Shown here in pieces: positions 9,166 to 18,484 of a stretch of DNA of 64,000 bases (its first letter is position 1; each line of letters opens with the position of its first letter). The translations under genes were made by a program, and so were the position numbers. Source of the stretch: an uncultured Fibrobacteria bacterium (GTDB taxonomy: Bacteria > Fibrobacterota > Fibrobacteria > UBA11236). The stretch is from the NCBI GenBank assembly GCA_963716395.1, contig OY970309.1, positions 2,688,001 through 2,752,000 on the forward strand, read 5' to 3'. Below the pieces are notes generated by a model. The model saw only the letters and a list, made by a program, of their open reading frames with translations, was not told where the DNA came from and searched no databases.

Positions 9166-10104
9166 CTACTCGCTTTGGAATCCGGGCGTGCTCAAATAGC
9201 GTTCACCCGTGTCACAAATCACAGTCAGCAATGTGGCGCCCCGGAATTCGGGGCGCTTGCCGATCTCGCCCAGGGCGAAGACGTTGGCGCCCGACGAAGG
9301 ACCGGCCAATAGGCCTTCTTCGCGGGCCAGACGGCGGCAGGTCTCCCAGGCCGCGGCGTCGCTGACGCGCAAGACTTCGTCGAAGGCTTCGCGATCCAGC
9401 ACCGCCGGTACGAATCCCGCGCCGATGCCCTGGATGTCGTGCCAGCCGGCCTTGCCGCCGGAAAGCACCGGCGAGCCTTCGGGCTCGACCGCCACTACGC
9501 GCAAGGCGGGTTTGCGCTCTTTCAGCAACCGGCCCACGCCGGTGATGAAGCCGCCGGTGCCCACGCCGGCCACCAGCACGTCGAGTTGGCCGCCCGTGTC
9601 GTCCCAGATTTCTTCGGCCGTGGTGCGGCGATGGGCGCCGGGATTGGCGGGGTTGTCGAATTGCTGCAGCATAAAACAGTCTTTGCGGCTGCGCAGAATC
9701 TCGCGGGCTTTTTCGATGGCGCCGGTCATGCCCAGATGTGCGGGTGTGAGCACCAATTCGGCGCCGTAGGCTTTGAGCAGATTGCGGCGCTCCAGGCTCA
9801 TCGACTCGGGCATGAGCAGCATCGCCTGGTAGCCGCGCACGGCGGCGATCCAGGCGATGGCGATGCCGGTGTTGCCGCTGGTGGGTTCGAGCAGGGTCAT
9901 GCCGGGTTTGAGCCGACCCTGCTTCTCGGCTTCGAGAATCATGTTGAGGGCGATGCGATCCTTGAGCGAACCGCCGGGGTTTTGCGCTTCGAGCTTCACC
10001 AAAAACAGGGAGTGGTGGTGTGGTACCACCTTGTTGAGGCGCAGCAGCGGCGTATGCCCGATGAGGGCGGTGCGGTCGGCGGCATAGCGCAGGGATTTGT
10101 TCAT
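9166..10104 (-). CDS. cysK: Cysteine synthase A
   Basis: NPGGSLKDR (PLP lysine), EPTSGNTG, QQFDNPAN, GVGTGG, IQGIGAG; ATG at 10104. Confidence 0.95.
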   Translation of the reverse strand: MNKSLRYAADRTALIGHTPLLRLNKVVPHHHSLFLVKLEAQNPGGSLKDRIALNMILEAEKQGRLKPGMTLLEPTSGNTGIAIAWIAAVRGYQAMLLMPESMSLERRNLLKAYGAELVLTPAHLGMTGAIEKAREILRSRKDCFMLQQFDNPANPGAHRRTTAEEIWDDTGGQLDVLVAGVGTGGFITGVGRLLKERKPALRVVAVEPEGSPVLSGGKAGWHDIQGIGAGFVPAVLDREAFDEVLRVSDAAAWETCRRLAREEGLLAGPSSGANVFALGEIGKRPEFRGATLLTVICDTGERYLSTPGFQSE

Positions 10105-10832
10105 GGTCCAAAATCGAGATGCAGGCCGCATTCGTTTTTGGGCTCGCCGGCCCAGCGGCCGCTGCGGGCGTCTTCGCCTGCTTCGGGTTTTCGGGTGCAG
10201 GTCGCCGGGCTGCAACCGATGCTGGCATAGCCTTGCGCGGCCAGCGGGTGTTCGGGCACCTCCCAGAGCCGCAGATACAGGTCGACCTCGTTTTGGGGCC
10301 AGTCGGCGAAGGGCGCGAACTTGATGCGTCCGCGCTGCACCTGGGCCAGCGGCGTGTGGCGGCGGTGCACGCTTTGATCGCGGCGCAGGCCGGTGACCCA
10401 CGCGCGCACGTCGGGCAGGGCCAAAAAGCGGCGCTGCGCTTCGACCTTGTTGAGGCCGCAGCAGGCGTCGGTGTCGGTGATACGCACAACCCCGTCTTCC
10501 GCGACGGCGTACCGCCGCCGTTCCGGAGCGTCGGAGGCTACGGTGTGGACGCGCAGGCCGTAAGCCCGCGTCAAAGCATCGCGATAACCCAATGTCTCGG
10601 GAAAGTGGAAACCGGTATCGATGAAGAAGATCCGAATCGGAATTTCGAGGCGGTGCAGATGATGCAGCAGCAATCCCGCATCGTGGCCGAAAGACGTGGT
10701 GGCGATCAGGCCCGCGCCGAAATCGGCGCAGAGGCGCCGGAGGCGGTCGTCGGTGGAAAGCGGTTCCAGTTCCCGGTTCAGGGCGTCGGCCTGGACTTGC
10801 AATTCCAACGGGTTCGCGCTTTCTGAGATCAT
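10101..10832 (-). CDS. cysH: APS/PAPS reductase
   Basis: TTSFG, IDTGFHFPET, CC, TGLRRDQS, GYASIGC, RSGRW...ECGLH. Confidence 0.92.
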   Translation of the reverse strand: MISESANPLELQVQADALNRELEPLSTDDRLRRLCADFGAGLIATTSFGHDAGLLLHHLHRLEIPIRIFFIDTGFHFPETLGYRDALTRAYGLRVHTVASDAPERRRYAVAEDGVVRITDTDACCGLNKVEAQRRFLALPDVRAWVTGLRRDQSVHRRHTPLAQVQRGRIKFAPFADWPQNEVDLYLRLWEVPEHPLAAQGYASIGCSPATCTRKPEAGEDARSGRWAGEPKNECGLHLDFGP

Positions 10833-10838
10833 GGCAGC

Positions 10839-11279
10839 CTACAGGTAGAACATGGGCGCGGGCTCCAATTGCCGCTGCGCCTTTTCGGCGATTTGGGCCA
10901 CGGTGATGGCGGATAATTTTTTGGATACGCTCTCGCGTTGCTCGATGAAAATGGTTTGCAAGAGAGAATTCACCACCTGGCTGCCGCCTTCGATGTCGGC
11001 GCAGGGCAGAATTTCGCCTTCGGTGGCCTTGATTACCAGCGCCAAGTCAATGGATTCGGGCGCGGCCGCCAACTGATAGCCGCCGGTTTTTCCGCGCGTG
11101 CCTTTGACCAGGCCGACGCTTTTCATGAGAATCGCGATCTGCTCCAGGAACTTGAAAGGAATGTCGTATTCCTTGGCGATGGCGCGCAAATGCACGGGCT
11201 TTTGCGGAGCCTTTTTGGCCTTGATCGCCAAGGCGCAGAGAAAGTGCAGGGTATACATGGTTTTCGAGGTGACTTTCAC
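10839..11279 (-). CDS. Rrf2 family regulator (CymR-like, no Fe-S Cys triad)
   Basis: IPFKFLEQI...GLVKGTRGKTGGYQLA; heads the cysteine operon. Confidence 0.9.
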   Translation of the reverse strand: MKVTSKTMYTLHFLCALAIKAKKAPQKPVHLRAIAKEYDIPFKFLEQIAILMKSVGLVKGTRGKTGGYQLAAAPESIDLALVIKATEGEILPCADIEGGSQVVNSLLQTIFIEQRESVSKKLSAITVAQIAEKAQRQLEPAPMFYL

Positions 11280-11292
11280 AAAAACAATTTAA

Positions 11293-11309
11293 CATATCAA
11301 ACTGATATG
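11293..11309. promoter_or_regulatory. Candidate Rrf2 operator, CATATCA-N3-TGATATG
   Basis: Perfect 7-bp inverted repeat 13 bp upstream of the Rrf2 start in an AT-rich gap. Confidence 0.5.
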
Positions 11310-11403
11310 GACAATATGGTATTCAAACGTTTCCCTCTGGAGGGAGCGAGCGCCCTGCAGCCTCGCCCGCAAGCGAACCCGGCGACTATTTTTGCCATTC
11401 TGC

Positions 11404-13176
11404 ATGGCAAACTCCATTATTCGGCCTTTGAACCCGCTTACGATTCAGAAAATCGCCGCAGGGGAAGTGATTGAACGCCCGGCCAATGTGGTCAAAGAGC
11501 TGGTCGAAAACGCACTCGACGCCGAAGCCACCAAAATTTCCGTAACCCTCGAAGACGGCGGCAAAGAAGGGGTGCGGGTAGCCGACAACGGCTTCGGCAT
11601 GACGCACGAAGACGCGCGGCATTGCTGGTTGCCGCATACCACCAGCAAAATCCGGGCGCTGGAAGACTTGGAGTCGGTGGCGAGTTTCGGCTTTCGCGGC
11701 GAAGCCTTGGCCAGCATGGCTTCGGTCGCCGAGTTGACCCTCGAAACCCGGCATTGGGAAGAAGAAATGGGCCTCCGGTTGCGGATCGACGAATCCAAGC
11801 TCGAAGACGAGGAGGAGATCGCCCGCAGCCAGGGAACCACGATTACTCTTCGTCACATCTTTCGCTACAACCCCGTGCGGCGCAAATTCCTGGGCAGCGC
11901 CAAAGCCGAAGGCGGCCGCATCGCAACCTTGCTCACGCGCCTGGCGCTGGCCCACCCCCATGCCTCCTTTCGTCTCAGCGAAGGCGCGCGCGAAATCCTG
12001 CATTTGCCCGAAGGCACTCTGCGGCGGCGCGTGGGCGACGTGGTGGGCGCCCATGTGCTCGAAGATTTGATCGAGGTCGACTGGGAAAGCGGCGGCATCC
12101 ACGTGCAGGGCTACATCTCGGAGCCGCAGCGCTTCGCCGGCCGGGCGCACCAACAGCATTTTTTCGTGAACCGGCGTTTGGTGCACAGCGGCTTGCTGGC
12201 GCGCGCCCTGGCCCAGGCCTACGGCCCGTCGCCTCCCGGGCGCCATCCGGTGGCGGCCCTGTTTCTCTCGCTGCCGCCGGCCGCGGTCGACGTAAACGTG
12301 CATCCGAGCAAACGCGAGATCCGCTTTCTGCAAGAGGGCAAGGTGTTCTGGGCCTTGTCCCAGGCCCTGCAACGCGCCTTGCGCCGTGTAGTCGACGCGC
12401 CGGAATTGGATCTCTCGACCCCGCCCGCCGCGATTCCGCCGGAGGCCGAAACCGCGCCCGCCGGGGGCGGGGCCACGTTCGCCTGGACTCCGCCCACGGC
12501 CTCCGTTCGCCCCGCCGATAACCGGGAAGATACCGTTCCGGCGGAGTTTCCCCTGCCCATGCCGCCGGTTCCGCCGCCGGAATCGGCCGGCGCCCCCTGT
12601 CTGCAAATCCACCGCAGCTTCATTCTGGTGGCGGTGCAAAGCGGCTATCTGCTGGTGAACCAGCAGGCGGCCCACCGCCGCATCCTGTACGAAAAAGCCC
12701 TGGACGATTTGCGCCGACCCGGGCGCTTCAGCGCGCAGCAACTGCTCTTTCCCGAACTGATCGAATTGTCGGCCGTGGAAACCCGCGAGGTCGAAGAGCA
12801 TTTGCCGGCGCTGCGCGCCTTGGGATTCGACCTGGAACCTTTCGGCGCCACGGCCTATCAACTGCGCGGCCTGCCGGGAGAATTGGCCGCCGAAAAGGCT
12901 GCGCCCATTCTGCGCGCCTTGATCGCGGATTTGTCCGCAGCCCCGCGCGGCCCTACGGCGGCCGAAGCCTTGCCCGATCGCCTGGCCCAAGCCTACGCCC
13001 GCGCCGCCGCCATTCCCCTGGGTGAGGTCCTGGACGCGGCGCGCATGGCGGCGCTGATCGACGGTTTGTTCGCCACGCGCATGCCGCATTCCGCGCCCGA
13101 CGGATCCCCGGTGTGGATTCGCCACACCCTTGAAGACATCCGCCGGCGCTTCGGACTTAAAAGCGATCCGACCTAA
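11404..13176 (+). CDS. mutL: DNA mismatch repair protein MutL
   Basis: IAAGEVIERPANVVKELVEN, DNGFG, GFRGEALAS, DVNVHPSKRE. Confidence 0.95.
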   Translation: MANSIIRPLNPLTIQKIAAGEVIERPANVVKELVENALDAEATKISVTLEDGGKEGVRVADNGFGMTHEDARHCWLPHTTSKIRALEDLESVASFGFRGEALASMASVAELTLETRHWEEEMGLRLRIDESKLEDEEEIARSQGTTITLRHIFRYNPVRRKFLGSAKAEGGRIATLLTRLALAHPHASFRLSEGAREILHLPEGTLRRRVGDVVGAHVLEDLIEVDWESGGIHVQGYISEPQRFAGRAHQQHFFVNRRLVHSGLLARALAQAYGPSPPGRHPVAALFLSLPPAAVDVNVHPSKREIRFLQEGKVFWALSQALQRALRRVVDAPELDLSTPPAAIPPEAETAPAGGGATFAWTPPTASVRPADNREDTVPAEFPLPMPPVPPPESAGAPCLQIHRSFILVAVQSGYLLVNQQAAHRRILYEKALDDLRRPGRFSAQQLLFPELIELSAVETREVEEHLPALRALGFDLEPFGATAYQLRGLPGELAAEKAAPILRALIADLSAAPRGPTAAEALPDRLAQAYARAAAIPLGEVLDAARMAALIDGLFATRMPHSAPDGSPVWIRHTLEDIRRRFGLKSDPT

Positions 13177-13277
13177 AGCGCGCGAACTTCAAATTCGGCG
13201 GCAAGTTTTCCGTTGTTTCCCGGGCGGGGAAGCCGCGGCGCTCTTCAGCCGCCGGCCTTCGCTGCCGATAGGGGAAT

Positions 13278-13919
13278 ATGCGTTGGCATTTCCGCGTGAT
13301 GCTTTGCGCCGGTCTGGCGGCCCCGGTTTTCGCGGCGCGCACCCCGGTGGTTTTTTTCGGGATGCCCGCAGGACAAGATCCATTGTTCGCGTCGTATTTC
13401 GAACAAAAGGTGTATTGGGCCTTGTCCACCGACTCGTCCTTGACTCCGGTATCGCCGCAGTTGTGGCGCCCGTGGCGGGGCGATTTGCCGGCCTCACCGG
13501 CGGAGTGGCGCGTGGATCAATACCGCCGTCTGGCGCAGCGCGCCGGCGCCCGCTACTTTGCGCTGGCTTTTCGCGAGCCCTTTGCCTACGCCACCAAACG
13601 CGTGTGGTGGAAACCCTGGAATCTCAGCGTGCGCACTTTTTTTCCGCTGCGCTTGCAGGTCTACGCCGTGAATGCCGACTCGGCCTTGTTCGACGGAACC
13701 GTGGCCTACCAGGACTCGCTGCGCCAGATGCTGCCCTATCACACCGTCGCGGCCGATGATCCGGTTCCCTATGACGCCTGGCAGCGCACTTTATACGCGG
13801 GTTTGGTGGGGCCCACGGTGGCGGGTTTGCGCGCGGCCATCGCCGGAAATCCGCCGCCTTCGGCGGTGTTCGATCCCGATCCTGCGGCGACGGCAAAGAA
13901 AGCGAAGAAAGCAAAATAG
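13278..13919 (+). CDS. Hypothetical exported protein
   Basis: RBS AGGGG, signal peptide MRWHFRVMLCAGLAAPVFA, 213 aa. Confidence 0.65.
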   Translation: MRWHFRVMLCAGLAAPVFAARTPVVFFGMPAGQDPLFASYFEQKVYWALSTDSSLTPVSPQLWRPWRGDLPASPAEWRVDQYRRLAQRAGARYFALAFREPFAYATKRVWWKPWNLSVRTFFPLRLQVYAVNADSALFDGTVAYQDSLRQMLPYHTVAADDPVPYDAWQRTLYAGLVGPTVAGLRAAIAGNPPPSAVFDPDPAATAKKAKKAK

Positions 13920-13962
13920 TTGCGCGCGAGGAGTTGCGCGAAGAGTTGCGAGCGAAGTGCGG

Positions 13963-14682
13963 TCAATCCGCTTCGCGCCACACCAGCAGGCTGCCGCAGC
14001 TTTCGCAGGTGAGCAGGGAAGTTTTCTTGCCGATCTCGATGATGCGCTGGGGCGTCTGGGTGCGGCTGCACACGTCGCAAAAGCGATGCGAGTGGTTGAC
14101 GGCAGCGATGACATTGGGTGTGCCGCGGCGTTGAACCACCCGATCGTACATGGCCAGCACCTTCTTGCCGATCTTGGATCGCGGTTCATCGCAGAGCTTC
14201 GCCTGCTCGGCGATGCGGTCTTCGATGCCGTTAAGCTCTTCGATTAGCCGGTTCAATTCCGGCTCATTGGCCTCAAGTACGTTGCGGCATTCGGTTTCGG
14301 CCTCGGCGCTTTCCTTTTGCAGATTCTCCAGCATCTGTTGAAAATGCAGAATGTTGGCCTGAGCCGAATCGACGTTCTTCTTGTGCGTCGAGATTTCCAA
14401 ATGCACCGCGTCGTATTCGCGGTTGGTGGTGATGTTGTTGAGCCGCTGGTTGCTTTCTTGCAAGGCGTCGGTTTCCGCAGCGATGGCGTCTTGGTTCTCG
14501 GCGACTTTGGCTTGGGTATCCCGAATCGCATTCTGAATGCGTTCCAGGTTGGCCTTCTCGCGGTCGATGGTCTCCCGCAGGGTTTGCACCCGCAGCGGCA
14601 AATCTTTTTTGGTCTGCTTGAGCTCGTAAACTTTTTTGTCCACGGCGGACAGTTGAAGCAGGTATTGGATATCCTCTTGCAT
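13963..14682 (-). CDS. Coiled-coil plus C4 zinc-ribbon protein (CT398/DUF164-like)
   Basis: Long coiled coil, TNREYDA motif, CDVC...CESC; ATG at 14682. Confidence 0.88.
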   Translation of the reverse strand: MQEDIQYLLQLSAVDKKVYELKQTKKDLPLRVQTLRETIDREKANLERIQNAIRDTQAKVAENQDAIAAETDALQESNQRLNNITTNREYDAVHLEISTHKKNVDSAQANILHFQQMLENLQKESAEAETECRNVLEANEPELNRLIEELNGIEDRIAEQAKLCDEPRSKIGKKVLAMYDRVVQRRGTPNVIAAVNHSHRFCDVCSRTQTPQRIIEIGKKTSLLTCESCGSLLVWREAD

Positions 14683-14831
14683 GGTGGCATCCGGGGTTTG
14701 GCAGCCAGAAATCCGATTTTGTCCGGCCCATTGCGGGTCGGACGCCGTCGGCATTTACAGCGCTATGGAAATTCTTTCCCGCCTTGGGCGGCAGGAATCG
14801 CAAACTAAAGTAGCTAGAGAAGGCGGCGAGT

Positions 14832-15413
14832 TCAACGCGACGGCAAATCAGCCTTGCGGTTGAAGCGGCTGCCGGCGTAATCCCATCCCCGCGCGAATCC
14901 CGTGGCGACCACCTCGGAAAAGTCGGCGAACACCGGTTGCAGGGCTTCGCGCTCGGTCGCGCCGATCTTTCCCAACACGAAGTCGGCCAAATCCCGGCCG
15001 GCCGGGCACGGGCCCACCCCGACGCGGATGCGGGGGAAATCTTCGCCCACGCGATGAATAATATCGCGCAAGCCGTTGTGGCCTCCATGTCCGCCTTGTG
15101 CGCGCAAACGCAGCGAGCCGGCGGGCAAGGTCACGTCGTCGGCCACCACCGCCATTTCCGCCGGCGCGATTTTATAAAACGCGAGCAGGGCTTGCACCGC
15201 CTCGCCGCTCAGGTTCATAAAAGTTTGCGGCTTGGCGATCCACAGCGGCGATCCGTCGAGGCTCGTTTTCACGATCAGGCTTTTGCCCCGGGTTTTCCAA
15301 TCTTCGGAAACACCGGCGTTGCGGACGTAGGCGTCGATCAGGGCGAACCCGATGTTGTGCCGCGTGTCGTCGTATTTCGGGCCCGGATTCCCCAGGCCCA
15401 CCAGTAAGGGCAT
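14832..15413 (-). CDS. pth: Peptidyl-tRNA hydrolase
   Basis: VGLGNPG, TRHNIG, KPQTFMNLSG, GGHNGL. Confidence 0.97.
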   Translation of the reverse strand: MPLLVGLGNPGPKYDDTRHNIGFALIDAYVRNAGVSEDWKTRGKSLIVKTSLDGSPLWIAKPQTFMNLSGEAVQALLAFYKIAPAEMAVVADDVTLPAGSLRLRAQGGHGGHNGLRDIIHRVGEDFPRIRVGVGPCPAGRDLADFVLGKIGATEREALQPVFADFSEVVATGFARGWDYAGSRFNRKADLPSR

Positions 15414-15418
15414 CGGAG

Positions 15419-16120
15419 CTATTTCGAAGATTTGCTCTTCGCGTCGCCCTTGCCGCCTTTGCCGGCCGCAGGAGCGGTGGGTGCGGCAGCTCCCGCTGCA
15501 GGCGCGGCGGCACCGGCAGGTGCGGCGGCTCCCGCTGCAGCTGCGGCGGCTGCGGTCGGAGCGACTTCTTCTTCTTTGCGCCCCGTGCTGACGCCGAATA
15601 AAGCCGTGCGTCCCGGAGTGACAAAGCTGCCTTTTTCGAATTTGAGATCGCGCACGTAAAAGGTTTGTCCGTTTTCCAGCCCGGAGATGTCGATGGTGAA
15701 ATTTTCCGGGATGTCCGCCACCTTGGCTTTGAGCTTCACGTTTTTCCGCGCGATCACCAGCACGCCGTTTTGAAGTTTCACACCCACCGGAATGCCTTGC
15801 GTTATGACCGGAACCAAGACCGTGACCGGATGCGCTTCGTCGACGCGCAGGAAATCGATGTGCAGCACATCGCGGCGGATGGGATCGCGTTCCACCTGCT
15901 TGACCATGGCTTTCAGCGGTTTGCCGTCGAATTGCAATTCGACCACGTGATTGCGCTTGGGAAGAATCAGCCGTAAATCGGCGGCTTTGACGGTCAGCAT
16001 TTCCGGCGCCGACTTCAGGCCGTACACGACGCCGGGCACCCGGCCTTCGCGGCGAAGGGCCGCCAATTGTCCTTTGGTTCCATGCGTGCGCCTGTCGGCG
16101 GAGAGCGTCAACTGTTCCAT
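15419..16120 (-). CDS. rplY: 50S ribosomal protein L25 (long Ctc form)
   Basis: LRREGRVPGVVYG, LHIDFLRV, Ala/Pro-rich tail; ATG at 16120 after GAGG. Confidence 0.95.
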   Translation of the reverse strand: MEQLTLSADRRTHGTKGQLAALRREGRVPGVVYGLKSAPEMLTVKAADLRLILPKRNHVVELQFDGKPLKAMVKQVERDPIRRDVLHIDFLRVDEAHPVTVLVPVITQGIPVGVKLQNGVLVIARKNVKLKAKVADIPENFTIDISGLENGQTFYVRDLKFEKGSFVTPGRTALFGVSTGRKEEEVAPTAAAAAAAGAAAPAGAAAPAAGAAAPTAPAAGKGGKGDAKSKSSK

Positions 16121-16337
16121 GTCATTACCTCGTCGTGCGGTACGCATGCCGGCGCATGCCTTCCCGCGGGTGGGTATTTTCGGCGGCCACGCCGGTTTAT
16201 CCGGGCCGCCGGTTACAAAATCCCGGGCCATTTCGAAAATTCCCGGGGGCGCCAAAATTAAAAAATGTTTCGGCGTCTATGAACCGGATCAACCTGAGTG
16301 GCGGCCCCATGTCCGATTCGGGGATATATTGAGTAGG

Positions 16338-17312
16338 ATGAAGGCGGCGGTTTCGAAGTCGGGGAAAAACGCTGCGTCCGGGCGCGGAGTGGCGCACCAA
16401 GCGCCGGGGTGGTTGCCCTGGCTGTGCTGTCTGGCTTTGCCCTGGTCTGCGCTGGCCCAGGCCGATTTCGAACAATTGCAATACAACCCGCGGTGGTATC
16501 GCACCTATGATTCGACCTCCAGCATTGTTCCCAACGACGGATCGCTGCTTTTCAATTGGGCCTACGGCGATTCGGCGCGTCACCCCGACAGCTTTTACGT
16601 GGGCATCGACACCTTGTGGATTCTGCCGCGAAACATCGGCGGCGACTCCACCAATAATTGGGATTTGCAGGTTTGTCCCGACGGGTTTTGCATGAACGGG
16701 GTGAATACCGGCGTGTTCGGCGCCGATGCGCCGCTGCAATTCGGCGACACGGGCCAATACGGCGACACCAGTTACCAGACCGAACATCACTTTCAATTTT
16801 TTCCCGCCGTGTCTCCCACGACCTTTCAATTCACCGCGCCGGATTCGAGCGTGGTGGGCGGCATGATGTATGTGCGCTCGCGCAGCACGGGCGCGGCCGA
16901 CACGGTATTCGGATTCGGAGCGTGGAACCTGCCTTGGGACAGCACGCATCCGCCTCCGCTGCATCCGGTGAACGGGTATTTACCCAAACGCTCCGACTTC
17001 ACCATCGTAGACGGCATGGTGCGTTATCTCGGCCCCAACACGGCCGTCGCGCCGGCATTTTCCCGGTCGACCTTTGCTTTTGCCATCCGGCGGCAGGCCG
17101 GCGCCTGGGTTTTCTCGTTCGCCGGATTGAAGCAGGAAAAACGCATCGCCCTGTTCGGGTTGAACGGAAATCTGTTATGGCGTTCGCATTGGCTTTCGGC
17201 CCAAACCGCAAGCCTGGTCTGGAACGGCAACGCACTTTTGATAAATCAATTCATCTTGGCCCGGTTGCAGTGGCCGGGCGGCGATCAATTGCGCGTGCTT
17301 CCGGCCCCCTGA
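16338..17312 (+). CDS. Hypothetical secreted protein with T9SS/FlgD-like C-terminal domain
   Basis: Signal-like segment WLCCLALPWSALA; WDLQVCPDGFC; tail IALFGLNGNLLW...LVWNG. Confidence 0.6.
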   Translation: MKAAVSKSGKNAASGRGVAHQAPGWLPWLCCLALPWSALAQADFEQLQYNPRWYRTYDSTSSIVPNDGSLLFNWAYGDSARHPDSFYVGIDTLWILPRNIGGDSTNNWDLQVCPDGFCMNGVNTGVFGADAPLQFGDTGQYGDTSYQTEHHFQFFPAVSPTTFQFTAPDSSVVGGMMYVRSRSTGAADTVFGFGAWNLPWDSTHPPPLHPVNGYLPKRSDFTIVDGMVRYLGPNTAVAPAFSRSTFAFAIRRQAGAWVFSFAGLKQEKRIALFGLNGNLLWRSHWLSAQTASLVWNGNALLINQFILARLQWPGGDQLRVLPAP

Positions 17313-17482
17313 ATCGGGGGTGGTGCGTGGGTCTTTCGTATCCGGCGCGGTGAAGACTAAAACATCGGATTGCTTGATTCCATCTGCCGCGAATGAGTCG
17401 CGTCTGCTGAAAATGAAAATGGGAAAGGGAAACCAGCGAACAATCCCAAATTATTAGCTCGGCGATAAGAACCGCGCGCCGC

Positions 17483-18376
17483 TTACGGCAGCCAATTCAA
17501 ACGCCGGCTGACGGATAATCCCGCGCCGGTGGCGCGCAGATAATAGGGGCCGAATGGAACTTGGTTTCCATGAGAATCCAACCCATTCCACTCCGCTTGG
17601 CCGCCTGCACCCGGGATCAACAGCGCACGAATGGTGCGGCCTTGAAAGTCGAAGATTTGCAGCGATACCGGACCATTGACGGCGCCATTGCTGAGGCTGA
17701 AGTGAAATCCGCCCGCATCTTGATGCGCGGTCAAACCAAAAGGTGAATCGCAACCGCGGATGCAGAGAATTCCCGTTGGCGTGGAGGCGATGGCGGAAAC
17801 CAAAGCCGTTTTAATTGAGTCCATCTCTGTTGGAGGCATTGCAGAGGAAAAGCTGCCGTCGAAGCGAAACATGATTTTTCCGGTGTGGTCGATAACGAAA
17901 TAACTATCCCGGTAGCAATTATATCGATTCCACCAAGTCCCGCCGGGGTGCGCGGTCATGGTTTTATCAATAGCCGTGTCATAAGGGACATGCAGTAAGG
18001 GGAAATTGACATTTGGGGCATTCGTTACAAGGTGTTGCGTTTTAAAATTGGCAATATCGAGAAATGTGCCATTATCGATTTCACAACCAATAGCCTGAAA
18101 AGGGACCTCATTTTTCCCGCTGCCTAGGCTATCCGCTAATTTGCCGATGTTCGGCGCATTAGCCTGGCAGCCACCGCAGCTATACTGGAAGACGAACAAC
18201 AACACCACCTTACCCTGCAAAGCCGAGAAAGCCAAACCATTCGGATAGGTCGTGCTGTCGAGCGCTTTATACGCCGGCCATTGAAACGCTTGCGTGCCGA
18301 CATCGCCTTCAGCCGCCACTGCACTCTGCGCAGCCGTCAGGGCCAACCCGAGGGCAAAAAGAAAAAGCTTTTTCAT
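17483..18376 (-). CDS. Secreted redoxin (CGGC) with FlgD-Ig/T9SS-like C-terminal domain
   Basis: Signal peptide; GKVVLLFVFQYSCGGC; tail IFDFQGRTIR...WNGLDSHGNQVPFGPYYLR. Confidence 0.8.
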   Translation of the reverse strand: MKKLFLFALGLALTAAQSAVAAEGDVGTQAFQWPAYKALDSTTYPNGLAFSALQGKVVLLFVFQYSCGGCQANAPNIGKLADSLGSGKNEVPFQAIGCEIDNGTFLDIANFKTQHLVTNAPNVNFPLLHVPYDTAIDKTMTAHPGGTWWNRYNCYRDSYFVIDHTGKIMFRFDGSFSSAMPPTEMDSIKTALVSAIASTPTGILCIRGCDSPFGLTAHQDAGGFHFSLSNGAVNGPVSLQIFDFQGRTIRALLIPGAGGQAEWNGLDSHGNQVPFGPYYLRATGAGLSVSRRLNWLP

Positions 18377-18484
18377 GATTCCCCCCTCATTTCCACCTAC
18401 CTCATCATGACAAAAGATATTTCCCCAAATCGTCGTTTGCTCGGATTTTCGAATTGCTTTTGCTTCACCCCGTTCTTTTCAGTT

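Noticed and set aside
15430-15560. Tandem GC repeats in the rplY 3' end
   Set aside because: They encode an ordinary low-complexity Ala/Pro/Gly tail of long L25 proteins.
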